Shown: positions 17,577 through 24,919 of the stretch, piece by piece
Numbering within the stretch: the first letter of the stretch is position 1
Layout of the letters: each line of letters starts with the position of its first letter
Source of the DNA: Patescibacteria group bacterium
GTDB lineage: Bacteria > Patescibacteriota > Minisyncoccia > UBA6257 > HR35
DNA: 32,000 bases
Assembly: GCA_023480925.1 (NCBI GenBank)
Contig: JAMCWY010000016.1
Location: 1-32,000, forward strand
Direction of reading: 5' to 3'
Position numbers and translations under genes: made by a program
The notes under the pieces: model-generated
The model's database searches: none
What the model was told of the DNA's origin: nothing
What the model saw: only the letters and a program-made list of their open reading frames with translations

Positions 17577-18059
17577 TTATCTTGCCGCTGGCGTTGACGA
17601 GCTGGAAAAAATATTTGGTTGCGTTGGAATTGTTTGATTAGGAAGACCGAATAAATTATTACCACTTAAGCTCAAAATCGCGCGGTAGACCGGACTGGTA
17701 TGACTAAGTTTGATTATCCAGACAACATCGTTTTTATTTATTTCGAGCAAGCTCTTCGGATTCGGCCCCCAAAAAACATCGGCGAAAGGCAAAAGACTAT
17801 AGGGTGTTTTTTGATTTTGAGGATTGGTTTGAAGCATATAAACATCGCGCAGACCGAAATTCGGAAAAGTTTGGAGCTGGCCAAAATAAATTTCACCGGA
17901 ACGCAAATAAACCGCGTAAAAATCCGGCTGGCCATTGACCCGGCTCTTATTAAAGACAACGACAAAAAGAATAATGGCCAAAATAATGACCGCGGCCAAT
18001 AAAAATTTGACCTGAGCCGACAATGTTTTTTCCGTTTTAATCATCTCCTCTTCCGCCAT
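17577..18059 (-). CDS. hypothetical single-pass membrane protein, co-transcribed with rpmG
   Basis: 160 aa. One N-terminal TM helix (VKFLLAAVIILAIILFVVVF), then a soluble domain and a Ser-rich tail. The ATG lies 5 nt after the rpmG stop. I recognise no family. Confidence 0.55.
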   Translation of the reverse strand: MAEEEMIKTEKTLSAQVKFLLAAVIILAIILFVVVFNKSRVNGQPDFYAVYLRSGEIYFGQLQTFPNFGLRDVYMLQTNPQNQKTPYSLLPFADVFWGPNPKSLLEINKNDVVWIIKLSHTSPVYRAILSLSGNNLFGLPNQTIPTQPNIFSSSSTPAAR

Positions 18060-18064
18060 TAGTC

Positions 18065-18232
18065 TTAGTGCTTCGCTTCCTTGTGGTTAACGTAAGCTCG
18101 GCACCACTTGCAAAATTTATTTAATTGAAGTTTCTTCTCCGCGTCTTTCCGACGATAAACATAATAGTTAATCCGATCGCACTTTGAACACTTTAATCTG
18201 ATTAAAAGTTTATTTTTTGACTTTGCCGCCAT
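18065..18232 (-). CDS. rpmG: 50S ribosomal protein L33 (zinc form); absent from the ORF track (55 aa)
   Basis: My translation is MAAKSKNKLLIRLKCSKCDRINYYVYRRKDAEKKLQLNKFCKWCRAYVNHKEAKH. This is the classic L33 pattern CxxC...NY...L.L.K.CxxC...H.E.K. ATG at 18232, TAA at 18067-18065. Confidence 0.85.
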   Translation of the reverse strand: MAAKSKNKLLIRLKCSKCDRINYYVYRRKDAEKKLQLNKFCKWCRAYVNHKEAKH

Positions 18233-18302
18233 TGCTTCAACCAAACCGATTTAATAATTTAATATTTAAAATAAAATATGAATCAATTCTATAATCATTA
18301 TA

Positions 18303-18311
18303 ATTATAACA
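18303..18311 (-). promoter_or_regulatory. candidate extended -10 promoter (TGTTATAAT) for rpmG
   Basis: The minus strand reads TATGTTATAATtataatg about 70 nt upstream of the rpmG ATG, abutting the divergent rpe start. Confidence 0.4.
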
Positions 18312-18314
18312 TAA

Positions 18315-18968
18315 ATGAAAATTATACCGGCGATTAACGCCGAAAATTTTGACGAGGTTGTCAAAAAAATTAATGCCCTGAAAGAATTGACCCAGGAGTT
18401 TCATCTCGATGTCGCGGCCAAAGATTTCGCCAACACCGAAACTTGGCGGAACTTTAACGATCTTAAAAAACTCCCGGCCGAACTGAAAATCGATCTCCAC
18501 CTGATGCTTAGACTCAAACCTCAAGAAATACTGGCTTGGAGCAAACCCGTGATCAAAAGATTGATTCTCCATCTTGAAGCCTCCGACCAGCCCGGCGGCC
18601 TTTTGCGTCTGGCCAAACGAACAAAAAAAGAAGTCTGGCTTGGCCTCAGCCCTTTGACTGAACCGATCAAAATTGAAAAATACTTAAAATTTATCGACGG
18701 CATTTTAGTCTTAGGGGTCGAGCCGGGCAAGGCCGGCCAAGAGTTTTTAATTAAAACCTACGATCGCTTAACTTGGGTTAAAACAAAAATTAATCCAAAG
18801 CAAAAACTGATGGTTGACGGCGGCATCAAAAAATCAAATCTCGAACAAATTACGAAATTCAGCCCGGACTTTATCGTTATCGCCTCAGCCATCTACGACC
18901 AGAACGACCCTTTAAAAAATTATCTGGAACTATTAAAACTTAAAGACAAAACTTGTTCGAGTGAATAG
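18315..18968 (+). CDS. rpe: ribulose-phosphate 3-epimerase family protein (divergent)
   Basis: IIPAINAENF, HLDV, DLHLM, LGVEPGKAGQEF, VDGGIK and ASAIY align with the Rpe motifs SILSADF, H.DVMD, DVHLM, SVNPGFGGQ, VDGG and GSAIF. Confidence 0.7.
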   Translation: MKIIPAINAENFDEVVKKINALKELTQEFHLDVAAKDFANTETWRNFNDLKKLPAELKIDLHLMLRLKPQEILAWSKPVIKRLILHLEASDQPGGLLRLAKRTKKEVWLGLSPLTEPIKIEKYLKFIDGILVLGVEPGKAGQEFLIKTYDRLTWVKTKINPKQKLMVDGGIKKSNLEQITKFSPDFIVIASAIYDQNDPLKNYLELLKLKDKTCSSE

Positions 18969-18991
18969 ATTTAAAAACTTTTCCTAAAACT

Positions 18992-19019
18992 AAAAGACCT
19001 CCCGGAAGGGAGGTCTTTT
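18992..19019. terminator. bidirectional rho-independent terminator between rpe and the surface-protein gene
   Basis: AAAAGACCTCCC-GGAA-GGGAGGTCTTTT: a perfect 12-bp stem with a GGAA tetraloop and A/T tracts on both sides. Confidence 0.85.
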
Positions 19020-19043
19020 AGTCATTAGCAGGATTTCAGCAGT

Positions 19044-22000
19044 TTAGAAGCCACCAGCGTTCGCGGTTAAAGGTACCGCGGTTTGATTCAAGTAGAAGTT
19101 AGGAGTGCCGGTGCCGTACTCATTCCACGTCAAGTTATTATAGTTGACAATCTGGATCGAAAGATTGGTGTTGTTGTTCGTGCTTCGAGCAAGACCACTT
19201 GTGTTGACTCGAACCCAGAAAGTATGAGTCGTACCATTGTTAATAACCGGAGGTGTTGACGGCGTCAAGGCCACAGTCGCGCTTGTGGTCGCGGTTACGA
19301 TCGAAATACTTGAGGTCGCGACAACAGTGTTATTTGAAGCATCAATCAAAGAAACAACGATAGGGTTGGATGATGTCGCCGCGTTGGCGAGCGGAGTGCC
19401 AGAGAAGGTCAAACTAACAGAGTTAAGCTGCGCGCTGTAGGCTGAGTTAGCGGTTAAGTTAAGATCAGCCACTTGGTCGTTCGCTGAACCAGCAACATGG
19501 GCAGAATCAGCTGTCAATGTTGCGGTTACGGCCGTTCTCTGAACATTTTGAGCGTTCGCCAGACCTGTTGCCAAGCCGCTTGGGCTAATGGATGCGTTTG
19601 ACGAAGCGCCAACCGCAGTTACATTAGAAGCGCCGACGTAGAAATTAAAGACAGTGTTATCGGATGTTGGCGATGAAGTGTAAGAAGCGACACTGCCCGT
19701 TAAAGTCAACTCGATCGTTGAGTTCTGCGGCACATTAACCGGGCTGGTAAAGTGGAAAACCGAGGAGTATTTACCATTACTGCCGCTCAATGTCGTGCCC
19801 GAACCAAGTAAAGTTGAACCGTTATAGAAGGCCAAGTTCGAGAACGTCGCCGGAGAAGTTGTGGCTGTTGACGAAGCTGTAACCGTAATATCAGTGATAT
19901 TAACCCCTTCGTTATTATTCGCGGTGAAGCGGAACTGAGCCAAAGTCGCGCCAGTTGAACCCATTACAAGCTGCTGAACCGGCGGGTTAGAAGCGTCAAC
20001 CGCGACACTTAAAGCACCGGTGCCAGCCATTGTAATTGCCTGGCCAACAGATGGGTTACTACCGTTAATGATATTACTGTTATTATCAACCAAAGTCTCG
20101 GATGAGTTTGACGAAGCGCCAACCGCGGTCGCGCCGGTTAAGTTAACAAAACTGGTATAGGTACCAGTGGCGGTATTGCTCAAAATATCAGCGTAGACAT
20201 CAACGACAACGCTGCCGCCGGCAGAAATATTAGCCGGGTTGCTACCAGAAAATGTATACGCATTACCTGTGCTAATAGTGTTCGCGGTTAGGCCAAACTG
20301 ACTACCATTAATTAACACCTTCATATTTTGAAGATAAACATTAGAAAGACTAGGAACAGCAAAGGTCAGCGAGCTTACGTTGATTCCTTCGGCCGCGGCC
20401 GCTGACAAAGCGAACGAGCCGATATGAGCGCCGCTGATGCCACCAACAAAGCTTTGATTGCTATAAGCGCTGTTAAGGCCACCAGTGAACGGATGCGAGG
20501 TAACTCCCAAATTGCTGCCGTTAATTGTCTGCGATGCACTTCCTTGGAAGGAAATCTGACCTTGAAGGTTATTACTTGCCGGTGCGGGCAACGAAGCCTG
20601 GATCGAAGTAATTCCGTTCATTAAGGTTGACTGAATATCAGCCTTAACGGTCAAAACAACGGTTGTGTTGGCTGGAATAGTGTAGTTAATATTTGAACTG
20701 GATGAACCCAATGAACAAATGGCTTGATTCGTACTTCCCGTGGTTGAGAATGTACAATTAGACGACGCAGCGGAGAGTTGGCTTAAAGTTGAACCAACCT
20801 GATTGCCATTGCTGTCGTAAACCGCCAAATTCCTGATTTGGTTATCAATATTACTTGAATTAATTATTGTTGTTGTGCCATTTAACGTGATAGTCACTGG
20901 TAGGAAAAGGAATCGAACAGCTTCGCCATTGGCGGTAACGTCAACTTTTTCCAAAGTCACGCCTGATTGACCGATCGCGACATTGCCGGTTGGCGAACTC
21001 GAATCCAATGTCATCGTCACTGTTCCTTGCTGAACATTGACGGGTGTGAGGGTGCCGGATGGCGTGCCAAAGCTGATGTTAGCGTTGTATTGGTTGTCCA
21101 AAGCGATAATGTCGTAAGGTCTTAAGATTTGGAACTCAAAGTTTCGATTCGGTGTACCAACGACATTGAGGAAAACCTCGAATGTGTGCGAGCCCGTACC
21201 AAGAACAACGCCGTTCGGAATGTTGAACAAAACAGTACCGTCGCTGGCCGTGCTGCTGGCACTGGCGACCTGATTGCCGTCAATCTTCAAAACCAAGTTT
21301 TGAAGGTCACTATTAAAGTTAACCGAACCGCTGACCGTGTACTTAACCGACATAATTTTGATCGGGTTAGTGTTAACGGTCATCGTCATTGCCGAACCGC
21401 GGAAGTTCGAGGTGCCGGCGTTAACGGAGTTAGCAACCCCCTGATAGACAAAATTACTGACGCTGGCCAAAGACGGATTGCTGACGGTCGTAACCGTAAA
21501 GGTGTTGCCGGCGTATGGATAAGTCACGTTCAAGGTTCCGCTGTCTACAGTCATGCCGGTCAAGTTGAACGAAATGGTGTTGCCGGCGTTAGCGTTGGTT
21601 CCAACATCAACCCTTAAAGTCAGATCTTGTGACTGACCAGCCTGAATTACAACCAAGTTTCCTGAAAAATTCAAGACGCCATTAGAAAGACTCTGGTACT
21701 GGGAGACAATGTTGTTGCCGGTGGCCAGATAGGCGTTGGTGATGTTTGAATCGGAAACAACGCCGGTCTTAGTGTAAGTTAAACCGGTCACGGTCACGGC
21801 TTGGCTGGTGTTGTTAGTCACGGTCACGGTTAAGACTGGATTCTGAGCCGCACCCGCGATAATACTACCCGCCGGTTGGTTGTTGCTTGAAAGAGCGACT
21901 GAAACATTGCCACTCGGCGTTGTCGAGGTCGCGCTTGTTGAAGTCGCGCTTGTTGAAGTTGGGGTTGAGGTACTTGAAGAACTACTCAACATTGCTAAGA

Positions 22001-22424
22001 TTGCCGCGATCTGTTGATCGTTCAAACCCAAACCCTTAAGCAATGCGGACAAGGTAGCGTTGTTGTTTGAAGCGTTATTTGAACTGGAACCGGAGACAAG
22101 GCTCTGTAATTGAGCCACACCCTTTGGCCCGATACTCAAACCGTTCCAAGCGCCATACCAAGACTGGTAAAAGCTGATCACCGCCGCTTCAGTCTCAGAA
22201 CCGTAATAACCGGTTGGACCGGCGGGGATGTTGTAGCCAGCTTGAACCAAACAAGCTTGGGCATTCGCGACATCGCTGCTATTTTGGCCATATTGGACTT
22301 GAACCAAACTTGACGGATCGCATGTAACGGTCGCGGCCGAAGCAAGGCTACTTGTTAATGGAACGACTGTGCCCAAAGCCATTGCCAGGGCAAGAACATA
22401 AACGGATATTTTTTTGCTTTCCAT
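19044..22424 (-). CDS. giant secreted surface protein: signal peptide, peptidoglycan-binding domain, Ser/Thr linker, tandem beta-rich modules (S-layer or adhesin candidate)
   Basis: 1126 aa. Signal peptide MESKKISVYVLALAMALGTVVPLTSSLASA. A PG_binding_1-like segment follows (NAQACLVQAGYNIPAGPTGYYGSETEAAVISFYQSW). The linker is SSSSTSTPTSTSATSTSATSTT. The remaining roughly 950 aa are rich in T/S/N/V/A/G with recurring modules. Consensus promoter upstream and strong terminator downstream. Confidence 0.8.
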   Translation of the reverse strand: MESKKISVYVLALAMALGTVVPLTSSLASAATVTCDPSSLVQVQYGQNSSDVANAQACLVQAGYNIPAGPTGYYGSETEAAVISFYQSWYGAWNGLSIGPKGVAQLQSLVSGSSSNNASNNNATLSALLKGLGLNDQQIAAILAMLSSSSSTSTPTSTSATSTSATSTTPSGNVSVALSSNNQPAGSIIAGAAQNPVLTVTVTNNTSQAVTVTGLTYTKTGVVSDSNITNAYLATGNNIVSQYQSLSNGVLNFSGNLVVIQAGQSQDLTLRVDVGTNANAGNTISFNLTGMTVDSGTLNVTYPYAGNTFTVTTVSNPSLASVSNFVYQGVANSVNAGTSNFRGSAMTMTVNTNPIKIMSVKYTVSGSVNFNSDLQNLVLKIDGNQVASASSTASDGTVLFNIPNGVVLGTGSHTFEVFLNVVGTPNRNFEFQILRPYDIIALDNQYNANISFGTPSGTLTPVNVQQGTVTMTLDSSSPTGNVAIGQSGVTLEKVDVTANGEAVRFLFLPVTITLNGTTTIINSSNIDNQIRNLAVYDSNGNQVGSTLSQLSAASSNCTFSTTGSTNQAICSLGSSSSNINYTIPANTTVVLTVKADIQSTLMNGITSIQASLPAPASNNLQGQISFQGSASQTINGSNLGVTSHPFTGGLNSAYSNQSFVGGISGAHIGSFALSAAAAEGINVSSLTFAVPSLSNVYLQNMKVLINGSQFGLTANTISTGNAYTFSGSNPANISAGGSVVVDVYADILSNTATGTYTSFVNLTGATAVGASSNSSETLVDNNSNIINGSNPSVGQAITMAGTGALSVAVDASNPPVQQLVMGSTGATLAQFRFTANNNEGVNITDITVTASSTATTSPATFSNLAFYNGSTLLGSGTTLSGSNGKYSSVFHFTSPVNVPQNSTIELTLTGSVASYTSSPTSDNTVFNFYVGASNVTAVGASSNASISPSGLATGLANAQNVQRTAVTATLTADSAHVAGSANDQVADLNLTANSAYSAQLNSVSLTFSGTPLANAATSSNPIVVSLIDASNNTVVATSSISIVTATTSATVALTPSTPPVINNGTTHTFWVRVNTSGLARSTNNNTNLSIQIVNYNNLTWNEYGTGTPNFYLNQTAVPLTANAGGF

Positions 22425-22635
22425 ATTTTTTAACTTTTTTCCCGTGATACCACAATTTGGGCAACGGAACGACTGTTTTATGATTTTTAACAGTTAATAA
22501 TATTTTTAAATTAAATTTAATTTATCTCAAAAAATAAAACGAACGCGAAATAAATTAAATATTAATTCGCAACATTGAAATTTTCAAGTTGATACCGATT
22601 CGACCTTTTCATTGATATTAATTTTGGCTAATTCG

Positions 22636-22664
22636 ATTATATAGTAAGAATATTCGTTTGTCAA
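22636..22664 (-). promoter_or_regulatory. perfect consensus sigma70 promoter (TTGACA-17 nt-TATAAT) facing the surface-protein gene
   Basis: The minus strand reads TTGACA (22664-22659), aacgaatattcttacta (17 nt), TATAAT (22641-22636). This predicts a leader of about 205 nt to the ATG at 22424. Confidence 0.65.
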
Positions 22665-22671
22665 GACAAAT

Positions 22672-22680
22672 TGTGGATAA
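22672..22680 (-). promoter_or_regulatory. perfect DnaA-box-like 9-mer TTATCCACA, 7 nt upstream of the -35
   Basis: The plus strand reads TGTGGATAA at 22672-22680. It is a single copy; the only near match (TTATCCCCA) is at 23726-23734. Confidence 0.3.
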
Positions 22681-22842
22681 CGTGAATATTAATTTTTGTT
22701 TATTTCGATTCTTATTTAATTTAAAATAAGCGGCTTAAATTTAATTAAAATTGAAAGGATTTTTTTGGTTTTTACTCGCGCCGACATCGTTATTTCTCGC
22801 TTTAAACTCGTTTAAAACCGCGTTTATTACGTCTAATTTTTT

Positions 22843-22851
22843 ATTATAACA
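22843..22851 (-). promoter_or_regulatory. second candidate extended -10 promoter (TGTTATAAT), about 200 nt upstream of the consensus promoter
   Basis: The plus strand has attataaca at 22843-22851. It has the same orientation as the surface-protein gene. Confidence 0.35.
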
Positions 22852-23749
22852 CACTTATGTTAACTAACGCCGTCGCCAACACTGTCTATGCATCTTAACC
22901 TTAAAACTTAAATTATTAAAGTTGAAATTTAAAATCGAAAAAGGAAAACTTCAATCGTGAAAAATATGAAATCTAAAAATTTAAGCAAGACAAGACAAAA
23001 TCCACGTCTCGCGTTTCCTGTTCGCCGCGGCGTCGTCAAAAATGGCAAAAAGATTAAATCGCTGTTTTTGACCGCGCTGATGAAAATCAAGATATTATTC
23101 CCGCCGATAATTTTTTATCAGCCTTCAAGCATTCAGTTCAAACAAACAAGCCCAAAACGCGACTAAAACCACAAGGTCTGGTTTAGTCAAAATCGCGGCC
23201 GAAAAAACTTTGGCTTTATAATCGCGTGCGGAACGATTTTTATTTTTCTAAAAATTATTCAAATTTTAAATTTTAGAAACTTAAATAAAAATTTTCCTTG
23301 GCGATCGATTAACCCAATTTGATTGTTTCGATATTTTTATTTTTAATTATTCCAACACTTATTTTGACGCGCCACGACCCGATCAAATCAAGTTCACTCC
23401 GAGCTCAAAATATTTTCCAACGCCGGCGCGGCTCAGCAAACTTGGCCAGTCGAGGTTAAAAAATTAAATTAAGCGTTTGAATTTGATTTCGGCAATTTTG
23501 GAATGTCTAATTCAAGCCAAAAAGAACAATTTTGTCATTGGCTCAATTTAATTTAATTTGACTTTTGTTCTGATTTAAATATCATACATTTCTGACGTTA
23601 AGTATTAAAAAATACCGCCGGTTTGACGCTGCGACGCTGCGGCCTTGTTTGTTTGATTTTGGCTTTTTGCTTAAATTTTTTACTTAAATCAAAGACTGGT
23701 TTTGATTGATTCCCGACAAGTTTAGTTATCCCCAACTCTACTTCCAAGC

Positions 23750-23778
23750 TTGACTAATTTATGATAGAATATAATAAT
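23750..23778 (+). promoter_or_regulatory. candidate promoter for the 23860 membrane-protein gene
   Basis: TTGACT (23750-23755) is followed by aatttaTGATAGAATATAATAAT. This contains an extended -10-like TGATAGAAT and a TATAAT/AATAAT at 14-17 nt spacing. Confidence 0.35.
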
Positions 23779-23816
23779 AATTTTATTAAGTGTGCTAAAC
23801 AAATTTTTTAGCCCAG

Positions 23817-23841
23817 TCTCGTTGCCAAAAGGCTAACGAGA
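23817..23841 (+). promoter_or_regulatory. 5'-leader hairpin immediately upstream of the 23860 gene
   Basis: TCTCGTTGCC-AAAA-GGC(T)AACGAGA: a 10-bp stem with one bulge, 18 nt before the ATG. No U-tract follows and no obvious Shine-Dalgarno sequence is present. Confidence 0.35.
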
Positions 23842-23859
23842 TACGGTCAAATAAAAATT

Positions 23860-24699
23860 ATGTTTAAATTGCTCGCGCAATATGGCGCGCAAAATTATCC
23901 GTCCAATGTTCCGCCAACACCGTCGGCTCAACCTTTTCCGACTCAACAAATTCCCACTCAAGGAATTTTGCCGTCAAACGGTTTCGGTATGTATCCGCCG
24001 ATAACCAACTCGATTCAAAACTCGCCCCAGACGAACGCGGTTGACCAGTTCGCGCAATACGTCCAGAATTTTCAAATCTCTCTTCTCCAATTTATCGAGA
24101 GATTTGTCGGCGCTTTGATTTTTGTCGTTGTTGGTTTTTTTGTCGCTTGGATTATCGAGTGGGCGGTCAGATGGTTGATTGAAACGCTTAAGATCAACGA
24201 GTTTTTGAAAAATATCGGTTTTGAAAAATGGTTGGAAAGAGGCAATATCGCTCTAAAGACCGAAAGATTTGTCGGTAAGTTGGTCTTCTGGGTTGTTTGG
24301 GTTTTGTTCTGGATGCCAGCTTTTGACCTTTTGAATCTTGCCGCTTTCAACACTTTTCTTTACCAAATCATCGGCTACCTGCCTACGGCGATTGCCGGCG
24401 GTTTGATCTTTGTTGTTTCAATCTTTATCGCTGAATTCGTCAAACGTATCGTCATCGGCGTTCTGAAAAGTTCCGAAGTTAGCGGCGCCAATATTGGCGG
24501 TGAAGTTGTTTATTGGGCTATAATTATCTTTGGTTTAGCCGCGGCCTTGTCTCAACTGGGCGTCGCCACCGTGATTATCAACATTCTCTTGACCGGTTTA
24601 GTCGGTTTGATCGCCCTAGGCGGCGGTTTGGCCTTTGGCTTGGGTGGTCAGGAAGCGGCAAAAGACTTTATTGATAAGATTCGAAGAGAAATACATTAA
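23860..24699 (+). CDS. membrane protein with conserved TM-helix repeats (MscS N-terminal-like) and a Pro/Gln-rich N-terminus
   Basis: 279 aa. The first roughly 60 aa are P/Q/N-rich. About 5-6 TM segments follow, and the protein ends in GGLAFGLGGQEAAKDFIDKI, as in TM-helix-repeat proteins. Confidence 0.5.
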   Translation: MFKLLAQYGAQNYPSNVPPTPSAQPFPTQQIPTQGILPSNGFGMYPPITNSIQNSPQTNAVDQFAQYVQNFQISLLQFIERFVGALIFVVVGFFVAWIIEWAVRWLIETLKINEFLKNIGFEKWLERGNIALKTERFVGKLVFWVVWVLFWMPAFDLLNLAAFNTFLYQIIGYLPTAIAGGLIFVVSIFIAEFVKRIVIGVLKSSEVSGANIGGEVVYWAIIIFGLAAALSQLGVATVIINILLTGLVGLIALGGGLAFGLGGQEAAKDFIDKIRREIH

Positions 24700-24721
24700 A
24701 AGTTCTAATAACGAAATCAAT

Positions 24722-24757
24722 AAAAAGGGCGGCCTAAAAACCGTCCTTTTTATTTTT
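24722..24757 (+). terminator. rho-independent terminator
   Basis: AAAAAGGGCGG-cctaaaaa-CCGTCCTTTTT (11-bp stem including one G-U pair), followed by ATTTTT. Confidence 0.7.
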
Positions 24758-24919
24758 ACCGCCACGGAACGCCGGCCTCGATGAAGTTAAATACTTTAGA
24801 CCGGGCCTATACCAAAAAAACCCCGGCTGAGTCTATTGAAATGATCAATTTTGCCTGAACGAAATCTTTAGAAATCTGGAAATGAATCGAGCGAATGAAT
24901 GAAAATTTTCCCGGCGCGG

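Noticed and set aside
18237-18572. 111-aa minus-strand ORF overlapping the rpe start and the rpmG/rpe promoter region
   Set aside because: It is antisense to a recognisable rpe-family CDS, has no motifs, and would run through the divergent promoter spacer.
19591-20126. Diversity-generating retroelement (TR/VR pair) suggested by the repeated 21-26-mer
   Set aside because: Both copies are in frame inside the same ORF, exactly 170 codons apart, which is module duplication. There are no adenine-specific mismatches and no reverse transcriptase or accessory gene in the window.
19237-22313. Plus-strand ORFs antisense to the giant surface-protein gene (19237-19440, 20424-20624, 21129-21617, 22110-22313)
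   Set aside because: They lie entirely within a long, well-supported minus-strand CDS of biased composition, which suppresses antisense stops. They have no motifs or expression signals.
22957-23166. 69-aa basic ORF (GTG start) inside the AT-rich gap
   Set aside because: It has no recognisable motif, low-complexity Lys/Ile-rich composition typical of AT-rich noise, and a weak RBS. Weak terminator-like hairpins downstream (23197-23213, 23219-23250) keep it barely possible, but I cannot support it as a gene.
22425-23859. Chromosomal replication origin (oriC) in the 1.4-kb AT-rich gap
   Set aside because: I found only one perfect DnaA box (22672-22680) and one single-mismatch box (23726-23734). 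There is no cluster of boxes, no adjacent dnaA, dnaN or gyrB, and the perfect box sits in promoter-proximal position. This is insufficient for an oriC call, although a whole-contig GC-skew analysis would settle it.
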